The translations under genes and the position numbers were made by a program. Of a stretch of DNA of 64,000 nt, positions 53,490-64,000 are shown in pieces (positions within the stretch are counted from its first letter, which is position 1; each line of letters begins with the position of its first letter). The notes under the pieces are model-generated. The model worked only from the letters and a program-made list of their open reading frames with translations. It was not told where the DNA came from and ran no database searches. Origin of the DNA: Chrysomallon squamiferum (lineage: Eukaryota; Animalia; Mollusca); the NCBI GenBank assembly GCA_012295275.1, contig CM022679.1, forward strand, positions 25,358,001 through 25,422,000, read 5' to 3'.

Positions 53490-55174
53490 TGAACAAAAAA
53501 AAAAATTAAAATGATCTGTGAAATGATAACCTATGATTGTATAATAATTTATGTTTAAAATTACTTTCTGCTTGATTGTTTATTTGAATGTCACACAAGG
53601 TAGTGAGTTGATTCATTTTATGTGAGAAATTTCATCTGGTAATATATAAAGATAACCAAAATGGTATGTGAAAATTGGTTTTAATCAATGATCTTTTTGA
53701 TAGTGACTTTTATAACAATTTGTAATCATGAAACTATGAATATTCATTTAAAGATCATTTGAGTTTGGAAGAGCTATAAAGGTAACTGAGATGCATAAAT
53801 TAAATGCTTATAAAATTAACTGTTACCTTTTCTTATTCTTCCAAAGTCTGTTTAAATATAATCTGTGTTGTTATTACATTTATCTTTTATTTTTTGAAAT
53901 ACATAAGATTTCTAAACAACTGAAATGAACAAATTCTTTGCTTCATTGACTTTAAACATTTCTTTCTTTCATATACAGTGCTGTGTATACCTGTGTAACA
54001 ATATAGTAACTGTTTATTACAGTGGCCTTCTATTAACCCACTTACATATACTGATACTTTTGCTTTCGGACAATTTTAATATCTTGTATTTAAGAAAATA
54101 TTATTCCTTAAATTCATTTCTTAATATATTGAATTATTTTAAATGAAGTGTTAAATGTTATCATCTAAGATTAGTAATTCAGTCATAATTACTTTTGGTA
54201 TTAGAAAGAATTGTCATTAATCAGTGTCTTTTGGGAAAGCAAGAATGATTTCAAGTTGCTTACATCAGAGGCAGCCTGTTCTGTTTAGGTTTAGATACCT
54301 TTTTTTAAAAAGATTTAATGTTACATGTAAAAATAAAAATATTTCAGTTATATATTTATTTTTTTTTTTTTTTTTTTTTTTTTTTATTATTATTTTTATT
54401 TTTTTGGTGTTTTTTTGTAATTCTTTTATTTTTTATTTATATCTTTTTTTCAGGGTTTTTTTTCTGTCAGTTTTTTGTTTGTTAGGTTTATTATTATTAT
54501 GATGATGAAGATGATTATTATTATAATTATTATTATTATTATTAGAACTGTTGGGTTTTTAAAATTGTTTTGGATTGTTTATTATGCTTATATGTCATTA
54601 ATATGATTTGCTCACCCTAATAATCTGAGACAAATAATATTCAGAATTAGTTAATCATGTTTATCTTTACCTGTTTCTTAATGTTCTAAGATTCGTATAA
54701 TTATGACCTAATCTGCAAGAAAATTGGCTTTATGTCTGTCTTTCTTTTTTGTCTTTAATAAATGGTTGAAAGTCATTACTGTCTTGATTTTCATTCTGTG
54801 TGCGTGTATGCATGTGTGTGTCTGTTATTTGATATGTTGAAGAAATACATTGTGGACTGATGGACTGTTTCTGAATGGCAATTCCTGACATTATACTTTA
54901 TATTTTGCAGTAGGATAATGATAAAGTGTGAAAATATAAATTTCCAGATTGTATGGTTCTCAAAATAATTAACTCTCTTCCTTTGAAACCTCCTCCATAC
55001 ATAATCTACTATGTTTTCTTTTATGGGTTAAAATATTTATTTTTTTAATTTACAAGTCCATGCATTGACAACATACTGCCCTTAAATCAAATACATGTTT
55101 GGGAATTTTTACATTATGGTTACTAAACTAATTATTTATTTTGTATTTTGCATAAAATTTGAGGAAAACGTAAG

Positions 55175-55245
55175 TGCGCCGCCCGGGAATCGAACCCGGG
55201 TCGCAAGAATGGGAATCTTGCATGATACCACTACACCAGCGGCGC
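55175..55245 (-). tRNA. tRNA-Gly (anticodon CCC)
   Basis: Minus strand reads GCGCCGCTGGTGTAGTGGTATCATGCAAGATTCCCATTCTTGCGACCCGGGTTCGATTCCCGGGCGGCGCA (71 nt). Acceptor stem GCGCCGC/GCGGCGC, anticodon arm CAAGA-TTCCCAT-TCTTG, T arm CCGGG-TTCGATT-CCCGG. A TTTT terminator follows 6 nt downstream. Confidence 0.97.
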
Positions 55246-55606
55246 TTCGTTAAATGGAGTTTCAAAATGCAATATAAATATAAAAATAGTTATGTATGCT
55301 TATAACTCTAAATGTTTATATTTGTTAAACAAAATATAAACATTTAATTTGGATGACACTTTAACGCATGAGATACACCAAAGCATTATCGATTAACACA
55401 ATTAGGCGAACCTTTAATAATTCTATATTTTGTTATTTCCTCCATTCTGATAACGTATCTTCTTCCAGCTTTTCTTGATTTTGTTTTTAGCTGTGAATGA
55501 AATTCGCTGCATGGAATATATTTTTTGCATCTTTGGGATCTGTGACATGGGCAAACAAATACGGTGATAATGAAAACATACGAAGTGGACAGTATGACTT
55601 CTTTTA

Positions 55607-55609
<3 letters not shown>

Positions 55610-55672
<63 letters not shown>
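55610..55672. repeat. (CT)n microsatellite
   Basis: Directly visible. Confidence 0.95.
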
Positions 55673-55673
<1 letters not shown>

Positions 55674-56824
55674 GACAGTCTTACCGACATATAGGTAGAC
55701 AGACACATAGATAGAACTAGCTAGACTGCTCACTGGAGAGTACATCAGCGGGCAGTTGTTCGCTAATAATGTGAGCAGCTGGTCACCTTTAGGTATCTTT
55801 CTTTAAAAAAACAAAAAAAAAACACCATAAAACATAGAATTTCTAAAGTCACAACTTCAAAATGATGTTAATTAGACAGTTCACTTAAATTAAGTTTTCG
55901 AGGTGCCTGTACTTGTTTCTTTAAGGAGGCAGTTACTTTTGACTAATTAGGAAAATCAAAGGACTATATTTTTAGGATAACATTACTGATAATTTAGGAA
56001 GATCAGGGTATCAGAATTATGCGGGTTTTATTTTGTTTTTGTTTGTAAGTAGTTACTTTTTTATATTTATTGAAGGATTTATGTATGTGAAGAAAATAGC
56101 TAATAATGATTAGATTCGATGGCAGCGGTCCTCTGGCGGTAAAGGCTCAGTTACCACTACTGTTAATGTGACTGATGGACGTTCCCTCGGGATCAGCGAT
56201 CATAATTCGGGGGGGGGGTCTCCGCTGTGCCGGACGCTATTCTCCTTATATAAAAATCACTGATGCATGCTAATCCCTAGCACAATAGGCGATTATGGTA
56301 TAGTCTGTTTCAACACATATCCTGAAAAAAATCTTCAATTACTTCATCGTTCATTTTACTGCATTCACATAGTTAAAATTACAGTTATTCATAACATATG
56401 TTCATTTTATTACATCAGTCGCGTTCATGGTTGTGAAGATTTCGGTAATTCGTAATTAAATCTCTCGAGGTATTAATAGTAGATGGACAACCGACTTTGC
56501 AACACTTCCAATGAACAGTATCTCATTTACTACTCTTCATCCTGAACCTGTGTCCCTGATGCACTGAACTACGCCCGCCACATGAATTCGAAATGAATTT
56601 CAAATTGACCTGTGCGTTTTCCATCCTGCAAGTATATATATATATACTTTTGTTTAACATTACTCACTCGCATAAATATGAATGTGTATGTGCTATCATG
56701 ATACAACTGTACATGTGAATAGTTTTCATGTGAGTTGTGATCGAGAGATAAGATAAGATCAGGAAATTATAATGTGATTATAACTGCATTGTATACCCGT
56801 ATTTAGTGGAACAGACCATAACCT

Positions 56825-57744
56825 CCCTTGCAATGGACTGTTACCGTTATTCTGGCAAGACAGCTATTGTGGGACCAAGGTGCACTCATCCCTGAAGGAG
56901 AAAGCCCTGACCACAAAAGCATCTATGACAGTGAACCTTATTTCAACAACCGAGTAACGGTATTTGCTACGCTGCAAGGACTTAGGTTATTGGCACTCTC
57001 ATTACCTGGTATATGGATGGGAACTTCCAGATGGCACCAAACATCTACCCTAAATTTATGTGGTTCGTGCTGAACTGGGTGTCAGCAGTGTTTTTGTATA
57101 TATATATATATATATATATATACCCTGATGTGTGGTAAATACCAGTCCGTCTATGAGGAGTTGCTTCAGTGTGTGTTGGACAACTGTGGTGAATATAGTC
57201 TCTATCCAGAAGTAGTAGTAATTACAGACATTGAGAAGGCAGTTAATTATACCAACTGTAGCATCTGTACTTGGGGTGATTATGAGGACACAGGGTGTTT
57301 CTACTATTTGTGCCAGAGTACCTACAGAAAGATACAGGACCTTGGAATAAAACTGTATCAGTCTGAAAGGGATGTCAAGATGTTTATAGGGACGATAGAT
57401 TGTCTGGCATTTCCGTGACAATATTCCTTATATTGGATATCTGGAGGAACAATTAAATTATTTTGACCAGACCAATGATAATGGGACATTCCGACAAGCC
57501 CAGCGAGAAGATTCAGCTGTGATGTGTATTCGTTAAATAGTGCCTATGTTTCCATCGGGTCTCTGGAACATCCGTGACACTATTCTTGCAGATGGTTTCA
57601 GAACTAACAGCATATGTGAGTCATCAGCAAGGTGAACCACACAGGAAGAGGGTGAAGAGCTCCATTCAGCAGAATAACGCTCATGGAAACAGAAGACTGG
57701 AAGATTTCCTTCGAAATATCGATAATAATATTCGATTGTGCTGA
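56825..57744 (+). mobile_element. Degenerate Mutator-like (MULE) DNA transposon transposase pseudogene
   Basis: Frameshifted pieces IYDSEPYFNNRVTVFATLQGLRLL / TWYMDGNFQMAP / GKYQSVYEELL...VITDIEKAVN...GCFYYLCQSTYRKIQDLG...LAFP / PMFPSGLWNI...RTNSICE / LEDFLRNI match MULE DDE motifs (MDGTF, xDFE, CxFH, RTNNxxE). The sequence has frameshifts, stops, a (TA)n insertion at ~57097-57122 and an apparent deletion after the catalytic E. Confidence 0.85.
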
Positions 57745-57916
57745 AATGAAATGCTAAATTCTTTAAAATACAGCTGATTTAGAATTAATTTTGTTATCTT
57801 ATCTTTTTTAATTATTTATTTATCAGATTCACGCTCCCACCCGACCATTTACACACACATTCCATAACCTAAAATAAAAATTGACAATTGTGGTGAGCAG
57901 TCGTCAGATATCTGTC

Positions 57917-57966
<50 letters not shown>

Positions 57967-58771
57967 TACTAATGATTAAGAATACGAGTGGTCTAAAATG
58001 AATTGTAAAATACACTATATGAAGAGTGGCAAAGTGAATATATGGCTTTTGGACGGGTCTGATTTTTCTGGGTAGGCATTTACAACCTATGTCTACATTG
58101 CATAATGCATAACCAAGGCCATTTAGTGTGGCAAGTGCTTTGTTAAGTATCAGATTTCATAAATTAATAAGACGTTTTTCGTTAGTACAGAATGCCAAAA
58201 AGACCATTAAAAAGAAAGAAAGAAAAAAGAGAAACAGCGCATGCCAGTTTGATAAATATACTTCATTAAGGCAGCACTTTTATTTTTATTTTTGGTTCTG
58301 GCTGCGTGTGTCCCCTTAAAAGCTGTGCCCTTGGCTGCAGCAATTGTATATAATATTGTCTTGAAAGTAAAACGTATCTTGCAAACACATCTGAAGTCTA
58401 CAGTATACGTGTATTTCATTTATAATAAATAATTATAATACATGACAGATTAATTTTGATTGCTTGAACTGATAAATAACAATGACATCATACTGTAGAT
58501 ATTGAATTACAATAAAGTATGGTCTTATTAGTGGAGAAAAAATATACCGTATACATTAAAATATACATTGAAATTATATTTGGTATTTTATTATTGTTAT
58601 TAATTTATTATTTGTTGTTTTTGTTTTGTGTTTACTGTTTTATTTTTTGAGTTTGTTGTTGTTTGTTGTTATTTTTGGGGGTGCTGTTCCTTTTTGTTCT
58701 TACTACTACATTTGCTTTATTTTTTTTTATATATATATATATATATTTTTTAATTGTAGTTGAAGTTGTTT

Positions 58772-58856
<85 letters not shown>
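58772..58856. repeat. Compound (GT)n(GA)n microsatellite
   Basis: Directly visible. Confidence 0.95.
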
Positions 58857-58859
<3 letters not shown>

Positions 58860-59369
58860 GTTATAAAAACCGTTATTTTTTTTTTTTTTTTTTTTTTTTC
58901 ATTTTATGTCTCATAGTTTATATGTTTTCGATAAACCGTAGAAAAAAATTAAAAAATGAAATAAGAGCAAAATAATATATATGTTACAATGCGTATAATC
59001 CCTATTGCTCTTAAATTTATTTTAGGAAGCTTACACACAAAAAACATGCGACAGCTTGAAGAGTTCGTGCATTTAAAGATCTGGAAGCACTGGATGTGAC
59101 GGCAGTTAGATATCGATTGATTGCTTAATCCTAAGGTCAAGAAATAAATTCGACACGTTGCTTATTTGTCGTTAATAAAATCTAATGTTCTGTTAATATA
59201 TAAAGAATACCCAGTTCATATTCAGAATGTTATCTATTATCTATTCACGCTTCGAAGATTTCTTTCAAAGATTTCTTTCTTTATTTTTAAATATTGAAAT
59301 GTTAGGTAGAGTAGGAAAATAGCATTAGAAGCGCAGACTTATGCGCAAAAGCCAGGCAGACGACAAGGA

Positions 59370-61913
59370 ATGTATGCATTGTCGAGGGGACCAAGAAAAA
59401 TTGTTGCAAGTACTCGCAGAGGTGTGTTTAAAATAAGGATATTAACGTTTTAAATGAACCAATATTATATATCTGACCGTCATTTTAAAGTATTTTTTTC
59501 AGCGCTCTTTTTTATCACAATAATTTCTGTTTTTCAGGTCCCTCAAAGCCGATAGAAAGCTTCGAAAATTGGGAAAATACGGGGTTGAGAGCTCCTGGCG
59601 AGCCCGCTATGAGGTATTTACCGGAAGTAAAAATAAATTAAGTGTTTTTTGTTCTTTGTTATATCAAACTGCTAAGTTTTAGTACCAGAATATTAATGAG
59701 AAAGTATTATTAATTCAAACAGGCCCAAACACAGAGCATTATCTTGTTATTACACGTGTATGTGGCTAAATTGTAGGATACTGGAAGGTCATGCATTGCT
59801 GATGAAATGAATAAAAACAACAAAGGGTTTTTGTTACCTTTTAAGCTTTTTTCCCAGATAACAAACCCAAACAACACTGACACAGTTTTGTCCATTATGT
59901 ATCTTCAACAAGAATGAAGATCTGAACAGGTCATTGACATGTTTTGGTACTTTAGTATTTCAATTCCAAAACTATCAGTACCACTGCTATTACTATTGTT
60001 CCTGTTTACAGGCAGTTAATTAAAAATATTTCATTTGTTTAAATCCATATTTTATTTGAATGACAAAATATAATTTTCATTATGGTGAAATCAATTTTTA
60101 TTAACAGGATTTTCCATCAAATATCAACATTTGTATTCAGAATTTATCAGTTTCATAACCAGTTATTAATTTATACTTATTAGACTGAAATGGTCATGTA
60201 TGTGATGTAATACTCCTAGCAGTCAATCCTTTTAAATGTTACTGGTGAAGTGTTAGTTAACCTTTATATTTTTATTTCAAAAATATTTTAACAGTCACAT
60301 AATCAAAAATCAAAATAGAAATACATTAGGTTGAATTTGATATGTAAATTACAAGACACCTGTTTTAATGTTATGATTTATTGTTCCTGAACGTTGTCTA
60401 GTATATGAAATTTGTTCTGTCAAATTTTAAATTTTTGGCTGAACGCTAATTTAAATCTTTTTCAAATGTTAATTTGTAATGAATATTTTCTTTTTTTCTT
60501 ATTTTTTTTTACAAAGTTACCATTTATAGAAATTAATATGTCAAGAAAAGCATGTTTTCTTAATGACAGCTGTACCCATTATTATTAAGGATTTTAAACC
60601 AATTGTTCTCTCATAGTTTTCTTTACAAATCTGTAATCCAGTTTTGGTTTAAAGTTCAACTTGTAAAAGAACAAATAACCTGTTTTGCATTAATGTTATG
60701 AAACAGATTGTGCGCATGTGTGACAAGTGAATAAATATTTTGCTTCTTTATTAAAACATTTGTCATAAACTTGTATAGAGTTGTAAATCATTTTCACATC
60801 TCAGTAGAAATATAAACTGTTGTAACATGTTATGTTTATTTAAAAATATTGCACTAACTGAAATTAATTTCAGCTCTCCAAAGCCAGTTTTTAAAAATGG
60901 CAGACGGGCAAATAACAATCGATCAAACAATGCATCACAGGAGCCATTGTCACCACAGCATGAAGATATTGTTCGGTATCTTTCTGAAAGTAATAATATT
61001 TGTGGGTTTTTTTATGTCTGATTTTAAACAATTTGAAACATTTTTTCATGATAGGATTATCAAAAACGTATTGGAAATGTACTGGAATGTGAGGCTTTTT
61101 TTGATTGTCAAAATAACAAGTTATTTATGGTGTTGTGATGAATAAACATCACCAGAAATATGGCCTTTACCTGGTGATACCTCTATTTAATTTTGAAGTC
61201 TTGTCATCACAGTATTGGAAGTAAATATGTTAGTAATGTTATTTAATATCAGTTTTTATTCTGTGTATCTGTTTCTTTCCATCATAACTTGATTTACAAA
61301 TATTTTGAAATTTTATTTCAGGTTGGTACAAAGTTCAACGTGAATTTGAGCCGAACAAACGGACTGACAAAGAAAGTAGGTATTTAGTATCTCTGTTGCT
61401 GATTATTAGCTGTTTTGTATACTTGTCGTTCTAACACTCTTCATACATTTTAAACAAGTTTTATTCAGTATCAAACTATTCTTCTTTTTATAGGCGATTC
61501 TTAACAAGTCAGCAAAATATTTTTATTCTTTTTTCAGCTGGAACATGTTGGTATAAAGAAAAACACACAAATCCAGATTTAGCGGGTAAGCAATTAAATT
61601 TTTTGATTCAAAGACTGAAATAATTTTTTGTTTATATTGCAAGAGTTTTTAAATATAAAAAAATTCTTAATTTGAAAATACATAATTTTTCTGTTGATAA
61701 TTCACTTGTTAAATTCCTTTTCATGATGTGAAGAAGTAATCTAAATATATTTCTGCATACCTCCAAGTTTTATTTTCTGACAATTTCAACATACACCAGA
61801 AAGGATGTTTATTTGCATTATTATTTAATTTTCTCTTTTCAGATTTCAAACCTATTGATCTGGAAGTCTATCTTGGAAATCGATACCTTCAAAAAATAAA
61901 AGGATCTAGCTGA
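59370..61913 (+). CDS. MCRIP2: MAPK-regulated corepressor-interacting protein (MCRIP/FAM195 family), 6 coding exons, 138 aa
   Basis: Exons 59370-59421, 59538-59613, 60874-60989, 61322-61375, 61538-61585, 61843-61913 (417 nt, phase-consistent). Translation: MYALSRGPRKIVASTRRGPS...MSSPKPVFKNGRR...SPQHEDIVRYLSESWYKV...YKEKHTNPDLADFKPIDLEVYLGNRYLQKI. It has the FAM195 signature HEExVxxxxxxW and FxPIDL. The N-terminus is MCRIP2-like; it is probably a co-ortholog of MCRIP1 and MCRIP2. Confidence 0.9.
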
Positions 61914-63223
61914 GACAACACGCGCAACATTTTTTTTTTTTTTTTCTCAACACTAACTTGGTTGTAGATATTTTAGCTTCTAATCTACTCATATTTAGAG
62001 AATCTGTAAAACAGATTTTTACAATGTAATTTATTTTCATTTAATATTAGTTTTATTACATAAATTTTTGACAATTTTATCAAAAGTGTGTTTGTATAAT
62101 ATTTAAGATATTGGCCGATTTGTTGAGGTAATGAATTATTACTTCTGTGATTCAACAACAAATAAATGACAATGAAAGAAGCATTCCGAACTTACTTATT
62201 TCATGGCAGTTCAGTGTAAAGTTTGCCATGTTAACAAACTGACAAATGTTTTTTTATCACTTCAGTATTAACAAATGTCAGTACAATAGTTTACCCTTAG
62301 TAACAGAAAAAGAATAAATTAAACATTATTAGCAATTCCAGCAAAAGTATTGAAGCAGATATCTTTGTTGAAAAATTGCATTGTTTTGAAGCCAGTGAAC
62401 TACAGATGAAGAACAAAGTATTTGAAATAACATTCTTACCTTTCTGATCAAAAACGTTAAAAGAAAGTAGTAATTCAACCAGCTTAAAAAATCTATCCCA
62501 TTAATTTATCAGATATTACAGTATTTAGACCATAATTTATGTATACTTCAATACACATTCGAGTTGTTATGCTTCTTAACCAATAAAAAGTCATCTTAAA
62601 AGTTCATGTTATAATTTGTTAGGATCAGCATTCTGTCCGGTCTGTTTGCAGAGTAAAATTTTCATTTGAAATTTTTTTTTAATTGATACATGCACCATGA
62701 TGATGAGCAAGCTATATTTGAAACATTTAAAATGAAAGAAAGAACAATGCCAAAGGAATTTCTTTAGACACATCCTACTTATTAGTTGACTCTTATAAAT
62801 AATTCCAAGCTATAGTCCAAATTCATCATTTGCAAGTTTACATAAAGATTTCTGACTATATAGTGATGACACTTTAGCATGTATGTACAAAACAGAATAC
62901 CAGCCAAGCTATCTTCACACCAGAATTTCTAACAATACCCAAAAACTATTATTTGTGACAACAACTAAGTCAAAAGGTACAACAAAAATAATCATCATAG
63001 GGTTTATTTTTGTTCATCATAAAGCAAATAATTCCTTTTGTATGTATTTTATTAAACAAACTTGACCAAAGCACACAACAATTGTTGCAAATTAAGATTA
63101 AGAAATTATTGTTACCATTTTTTATTTTCTTAAATATAAACACACAAGACAATCTCAACAAAAAATATACAAGATAATTTATTTTCACTATATACAAAAT
63201 TGCTGAAAATCAGCTGTTTCTGC

Positions 63224-63715
63224 TCAGTGTGTACTGTTTTGATGACTTGTATTATTAAAACCTTTTAGATCACTATTAACATCTGTTTGGTTGCCTGCAT
63301 GTACATTATTTTCTATATCTGAAAAAAAAAAAATGACATTATTGTTATAAAGAACATGTTCACTCTGAATTATACCATGGAAAAAAAAAGAAAGTCAAAA
63401 GATAATTTTAAATATTCACACTCTTCCATTACAAATTTTGCTTAAAAATACAATTACACAGCATATACTTGATATCATTTAGTTACTTTACTCAGAGGTT
63501 TTGTGTTGAGTTACTGTCAAACAATTGCTTACACCAGTTAATGGGTACTGCACATTTTTTCTTAGACTAGAAACAAACACAATGAAATTTTTAAAAGTTA
63601 TTTTAAAAATATGTAAAACATGCTTACCACCAACATTATGTAAGCCTTCTGTGGTGCCATTAACTTTCAGCAGAGTTTTAAGTCTCGCTATTTCTTCTTT
63701 CAGTTCTGTTAATTC
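63224..63715 (-). CDS. Last two coding exons of an unidentified gene continuing beyond the window (short coiled coil plus N-rich tail)
   Basis: Exons 63628-63715 (ttttccag|ELTELKEEIARLKTLLKVNGTTEGLHNVG|gtaagc) and 63224-63318 (ttttcag|DIENNVHAGNQTDVNSDLKGFNNTSHQNSTH*). Splice sites are strong and the phases are compatible. Confidence 0.7.
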
Positions 63716-63863
63716 CTGGAAAAAATATAATTCAAAAAAAAAGTAGAATGTTTGTATTAAAAAGACAGTATATTTTTTAATTACTCATGATGTCTGTTTT
63801 TTATTATTTGAACTAACACAAATGTTCTTAAATGAATCTAAACATTAGAGACATGTACAGTTG

Positions 63864-64000
63864 TGAAGTAAGTTTTCTGAACAATGGAGATGATGATATG
63901 AATTAAAAAGCTGTTTTTTTCAAATATATCACATTAATGTTTCTGAAGTAAGTTTTATGAACAACAGATGAGCATATCAGTTAAAAACTATTTTTTTCAA
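63864..64000. repeat. ~78-bp diverged tandem repeat running off the window edge
   Basis: tgaagtaagtttt(c/a)tgaacaa...agatga...ttaaaaa.ct.tttttttcaa occurs twice. Confidence 0.75.

Overview
AT-rich (roughly 30% GC by eye), intron-rich animal genomic DNA. The SINE remnants and protein style suggest a lophotrochozoan, probably a mollusc, but this is inference only. Hand-splicing on splice sites and reading frame gives five complete genes and one partial gene. In order: MGMT (-, 4 exons, 212 aa), head-to-head with a USP31/USP43-family deubiquitinase (+, 11 exons, ~1315 aa, one GC-AG intron); ARL16 (-, 5 exons, 179 aa, first intron U12-type), head-to-head with HGS/Hrs (+, 16 exons, ~799 aa); a tRNA-Gly(CCC) gene (-); a decayed MULE transposase; MCRIP/FAM195 (+, 6 exons, 138 aa); and the last two exons of an unidentified minus-strand gene at the right edge. 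Most ORFs in the supplied track are microsatellite or intron noise. I see no convincing new multi-gene system. The best leads are serial decayed copies of the MGMT C-terminal coding end in its own 3' region, the ARL16 minor-spliceosome intron, an ARL16-HGS-MCRIP order resembling human 17q25.3, a candidate poison exon or recursive splice site in HGS, and MGMT active-site and zinc-site substitutions.
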